Of a stretch of DNA of 64,000 nt, positions 61,472-64,000 are shown piece by piece (position 1 is the first letter of the stretch; every line of letters starts with the position of its first letter). The position numbers were made by a program, and so were the translations under genes. This stretch comes from Synergistaceae bacterium (GTDB taxonomy: Bacteria; Synergistota; Synergistia; Synergistales; 79-D21). The notes under the pieces were generated by a model. It was not told the DNA's origin. It made no database searches and was given only the letters and a program-made list of their open reading frames with translations. The stretch spans positions 85-64,084 of the forward strand of contig JAAYVK010000039.1 in assembly GCA_012517195.1 (NCBI GenBank). Direction: 5' to 3'.

Positions 61472-62876
61472 TTCCCTTGGCCTCCCTTTCGGCGGCAATG
61501 CGGGCCAGGGCACACCGGATTTTTTCGAAATCCCCGTCTTTCAGCGTTCTTACGTGAATTCTCAAGGCATCTTCCTTGACGGCCGCAACGACGGGAATTT
61601 CCCCTTCCCTTAGCTTTTCCTGCAGTTCGCCCGCGGAAATGCCCGGATGGGCGACAGAAACCCCGTACCCCTCGAGCGGGATCTCGGGGTAACTCCCGCC
61701 CCCGACGGCATCCTGGACAGGAATCGTGGAAAACGTGAAGGAAGGACAGCGGGTTCTCAGATATCGGCAAAGCCGGCGCGCCTTCTGCAAGATCGCGTTC
61801 TTGTCTGCAGAAATCATTTTGATCGTCGGGATCGCCTCCGCATTTCCCGAAAGGTTCTCCCTGAGAGTGGCTTCCAGGGCAGCCAGGGTCATTTTATCCG
61901 GCCGCAAGGCCCTCATGAGCGGATGCCGTTTCAGCTTCTCGATGAGTTGGGACCTGCCTGCGATGATCCCCGCCTGGGGGCCGCCCAGCATCTTGTCGCC
62001 TGAGAAGGTCACGAGGTCGACTCCGGCCATGATGCATTCCCGGACGGAATTTTCCCCCTTCAGGCCGAAGCTGCCCGGATCCAGCAGGAAGCCGCTCCCG
62101 AGATCTTCCAGGAAGATCAGCCCCTTTTCCCGTGCTAGGAAGGCCAGGTCTTCACGGGGAACCTCCGAATGGAAGCCGACTATCCTGAAATTGGAAGGAT
62201 GGATTTTGACGAGCATGGCAGTGGTTTCTGTGATGGCCGCTTCATAATCGCGAAGATGAGTCCGGTTCGTCGTCCCCACTTCGACAAGCCGTGTCCCCGA
62301 AGCTGACATGATTTCCGGAATCCTGAACGAACCGCCGATCTCCACAAGTTCCCCTCTTGAAACGATCGCATCCTTCCCGGAAGAAAGAGCGGAAAGACAC
62401 AGGATCACGGCTCCCGCGTTGTTGTTGACCACCAGAGCAGCATCGGCTCCCGTCACCTGGGTCAGGAGCCATTCCACGTGGTCGTTTCGGTATCCCCGTT
62501 CTCCCGAAGAGCGGTCGTATTCCAGCGTGCTGTAGGAAGAAGCGCATTCCAGCACCGCTTTCAGTGCGGACTCGCAAAGGCAGGATCTTCCGAGGTTCGT
62601 GTGAATGACGACCCCCGTTGCATTGACGACCGGGACCAGGCTTCTCGCGGACGCTTTCGCGATTCGCTCCCGGGCCGTTCTCCGGATCAGGTCCACGTCG
62701 ATGCTGATCGTCGTTCCTTCGAGTAGGGATTTCCGTAAGCTGCCGATGATGTCGGAAAAAATATTCTTGACGGCCTGGCGCCCGATTATTTTCTCGAACG
62801 GAGCGACCCACTCTTCAGAAAGAAGGATTTCCATTGAAGGAATGCGTCGGAGCAGTTCCCTGACCCTCTCGTCCAT
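61458..62876 (-). CDS. selA: L-seryl-tRNA(Sec) selenium transferase
   Basis: VVNATGVVIHTNLGRS..NNAGAVIL..FSGDKMLGGPQAGII (PLP lysine) are SelA signatures. ATG at 62876. Confidence 0.93.
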   Translation of the reverse strand: MDERVRELLRRIPSMEILLSEEWVAPFEKIIGRQAVKNIFSDIIGSLRKSLLEGTTISIDVDLIRRTARERIAKASARSLVPVVNATGVVIHTNLGRSCLCESALKAVLECASSYSTLEYDRSSGERGYRNDHVEWLLTQVTGADAALVVNNNAGAVILCLSALSSGKDAIVSRGELVEIGGSFRIPEIMSASGTRLVEVGTTNRTHLRDYEAAITETTAMLVKIHPSNFRIVGFHSEVPREDLAFLAREKGLIFLEDLGSGFLLDPGSFGLKGENSVRECIMAGVDLVTFSGDKMLGGPQAGIIAGRSQLIEKLKRHPLMRALRPDKMTLAALEATLRENLSGNAEAIPTIKMISADKNAILQKARRLCRYLRTRCPSFTFSTIPVQDAVGGGSYPEIPLEGYGVSVAHPGISAGELQEKLREGEIPVVAAVKEDALRIHVRTLKDGDFEKIRCALARIAAEREAKGNEAS

Positions 62877-62922
62877 ATCACCGACCCCTTTTCGATTGAT
62901 TTCCCCTTTTGAGTTTAACGGG

Positions 62923-63528
62923 TTACGGCTCATTCGGGCTGCATGGCGAACAAATGTCGCCGGTCAAAAGCAAAAGAAGGTGCCGGATCAGGATCGTCAT
63001 CGCTTCGGAAGTCAGAATTACTGGAGATAGAGTTTCCAGGGGACAGCCGGGAGGTGCGGGGAGGCTCACCAGCGTTGTGTTTCCGCCCGTCTGCGATTTC
63101 TGGACTTCGTCGGCCTCAGGGTCAAAAAGGAGAACCCATCCTTCGAAAGCCATCCCCACAAGGGACCATTCTTCTGCCCCGATCTTTGGGGGAAGTTCGT
63201 CGTACCCCGCATGCCCGGCTCCGGTGTCGGCAGAACGAAGAATTTCGGCAAGACCCGGCAAAAGACCTGAAAGGTTTTCTCCCGCGAGTAGCATTTTCCG
63301 GTCCGAAATGTCGGCTTTTTCGTAAAGGCGAACGGCAATGGGGAGGCCCTTTTCGGAAAGATCTTCGGTCCGGGATTCAAGAAAGGAGAGCCCGGACAGC
63401 AAAGAAGGGTCCACGGACGTTTCGAATCCAGGCACGGCAGAAGCCTGACGCGAAGCAGCCAAGCTCAGGATCTGCTCTGACAGGTCGTCGGCAATTTCTT
63501 CGGGAACGGAAAAGAAAACGGTGTCCAA
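62923..63528 (-). CDS. hypothetical acidic protein; weak resemblance to the N-terminal (non-catalytic) part of PrmA
   Basis: TTG at 63528 has SD TAGGAGGGG 5 nt upstream, right after the hemW stop. It gives MDTVFFSVPEEIADDLSEQILSLAAS... No catalytic or SAM-binding motif is seen. Function is unknown. Confidence 0.5.
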   Translation of the reverse strand: MDTVFFSVPEEIADDLSEQILSLAASRQASAVPGFETSVDPSLLSGLSFLESRTEDLSEKGLPIAVRLYEKADISDRKMLLAGENLSGLLPGLAEILRSADTGAGHAGYDELPPKIGAEEWSLVGMAFEGWVLLFDPEADEVQKSQTGGNTTLVSLPAPPGCPLETLSPVILTSEAMTILIRHLLLLLTGDICSPCSPNEP

Positions 63529-63539
63529 AAAAACCCCTC

Positions 63540-64000
63540 CTAGACGAGACGCTCCCAAATCGAGTTGCCCAGCCGGAACCCTTTACCGGATAGAGAGATC
63601 CGGCCGTTTCGCTTCACGAAAAGATCGGGCGGCAGTTCCGACAGGGCCTTGCCCAACTCCCTTGAAATGTCTTCACCGAACCGCCTCCTGAAGGTTTTCC
63701 ACCGGATTCCCCATCGTGTCCGTAGTGCAAGGATTGCAGCCTCACGGGCCCGGTCTTCCTGGAGAAGGCTTTCGGTCCATTCCCAGGGAAGACCTTCCCG
63801 GCGCAAATACCGCATGAGGGGCGCGACGTTCCGGTAGCGCAAGCCGTCCAGGTAGCCCCAGGCTGAAGGTCCCAGCCCCAGGACATTGCCCTGCTTCCAG
63901 TAAGAAAGGTTATGCCTGCACCAGCTTTCGTTCCTGGCAAAACTTGCCACCTCGTATTGCAAAAAACCCCTAGAGCCGAGATACCATTGTGCGAACCGGT
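63540..64000 (-). CDS. hemW: radical SAM heme chaperone HemW (HemN-like), 5' end beyond window
   Basis: The frame stays open to nt 64000 (..RFAQWYLGSRGFLQYEVASFARNESWCRHNLSYWKQG..), which is the HemN_C region. Stop TAG at 63540-63542. Confidence 0.85.
   Translation of the reverse strand, partial: RFAQWYLGSRGFLQYEVASFARNESWCRHNLSYWKQGNVLGLGPSAWGYLDGLRYRNVAPLMRYLRREGLPWEWTESLLQEDRAREAAILALRTRWGIRWKTFRRRFGEDISRELGKALSELPPDLFVKRNGRISLSGKGFRLGNSIWERLV

Noticed and set aside
60314-61579. 421-aa ORF on the plus strand, antisense to selB
   Set aside because: It lies entirely inside a strongly supported gene on the other strand. The translation is Arg/Pro/Gly-rich low-complexity sequence with no motif, and it has no SD. 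Long antisense frames are expected in GC-biased coding DNA.

Overview
This is a gene-dense stretch of core bacterial chromosome with about 66 CDS, 2 tRNAs and no intergenic gap larger than about 130 nt. It looks moderately GC-rich by eye (not computed). About 60 CDS lie on the minus strand, and many are joined by ATGA or short overlaps.

The content is housekeeping with a Bacillota-type signature: yerC, ricT/yaaT, veg, remA, fapR, B. subtilis-type purR, tmcAL/ylbM and a PyrR attenuator. It also carries a minimal mlaEFD operon whose MlaD has a long helical and beta-rich C-terminal extension. That points to a diderm envelope (diderm Bacillota or a neighbouring lineage). I cannot assign a taxon.

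Blocks from left to right:
- hisC', yerC, and DUF362-nth-Lon-like protease-P2 ATPase
- hypF and csp
- a roughly 12-kb coupled string: prfB-S55 peptidase-mlaEFD-tmk-holB-ricT-ftsY-purB-glpX
- birA
- pyrR-B-C-K-D-F-E plus a TroA-like exported protein
- yceD-rpmF-fapR-plsX-fabH-K-D-G-acpP-fabF-rnc
- ackA, tmcAL, rsmD-coaD, trmB-like, tRNA-Pro, ksgA, hup, der
- hflX-remA-gmk-rpoZ-coaBC-priA
- nif3-trpS-scpA-scpB-rluB-cmk-plsC
- ispE-purR-fdx-tRNA(CAU)
- veg
- hemW'-hypothetical-selA-selB

I saw no mobile elements, CRISPR arrays, rRNA, defence modules or toxin-antitoxin modules. I found no convincing novel multi-gene system.

The best second-look items are:
- a PriA with all ATPase motifs degenerated
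- the trans-envelope-type MlaD, with an S55 peptidase coupled to the mla operon
- an FtsY that needs a CTG start
- the prfB +1 frameshift
- a Lon-like protease with degenerate Walker motifs
- an orphan metal-ligand-less TroA-like protein at the end of the pyr operon
- a truncated PrmA-like ORF upstream of selAB

All functional calls rest on my reading of motifs and synteny. No database search was run.
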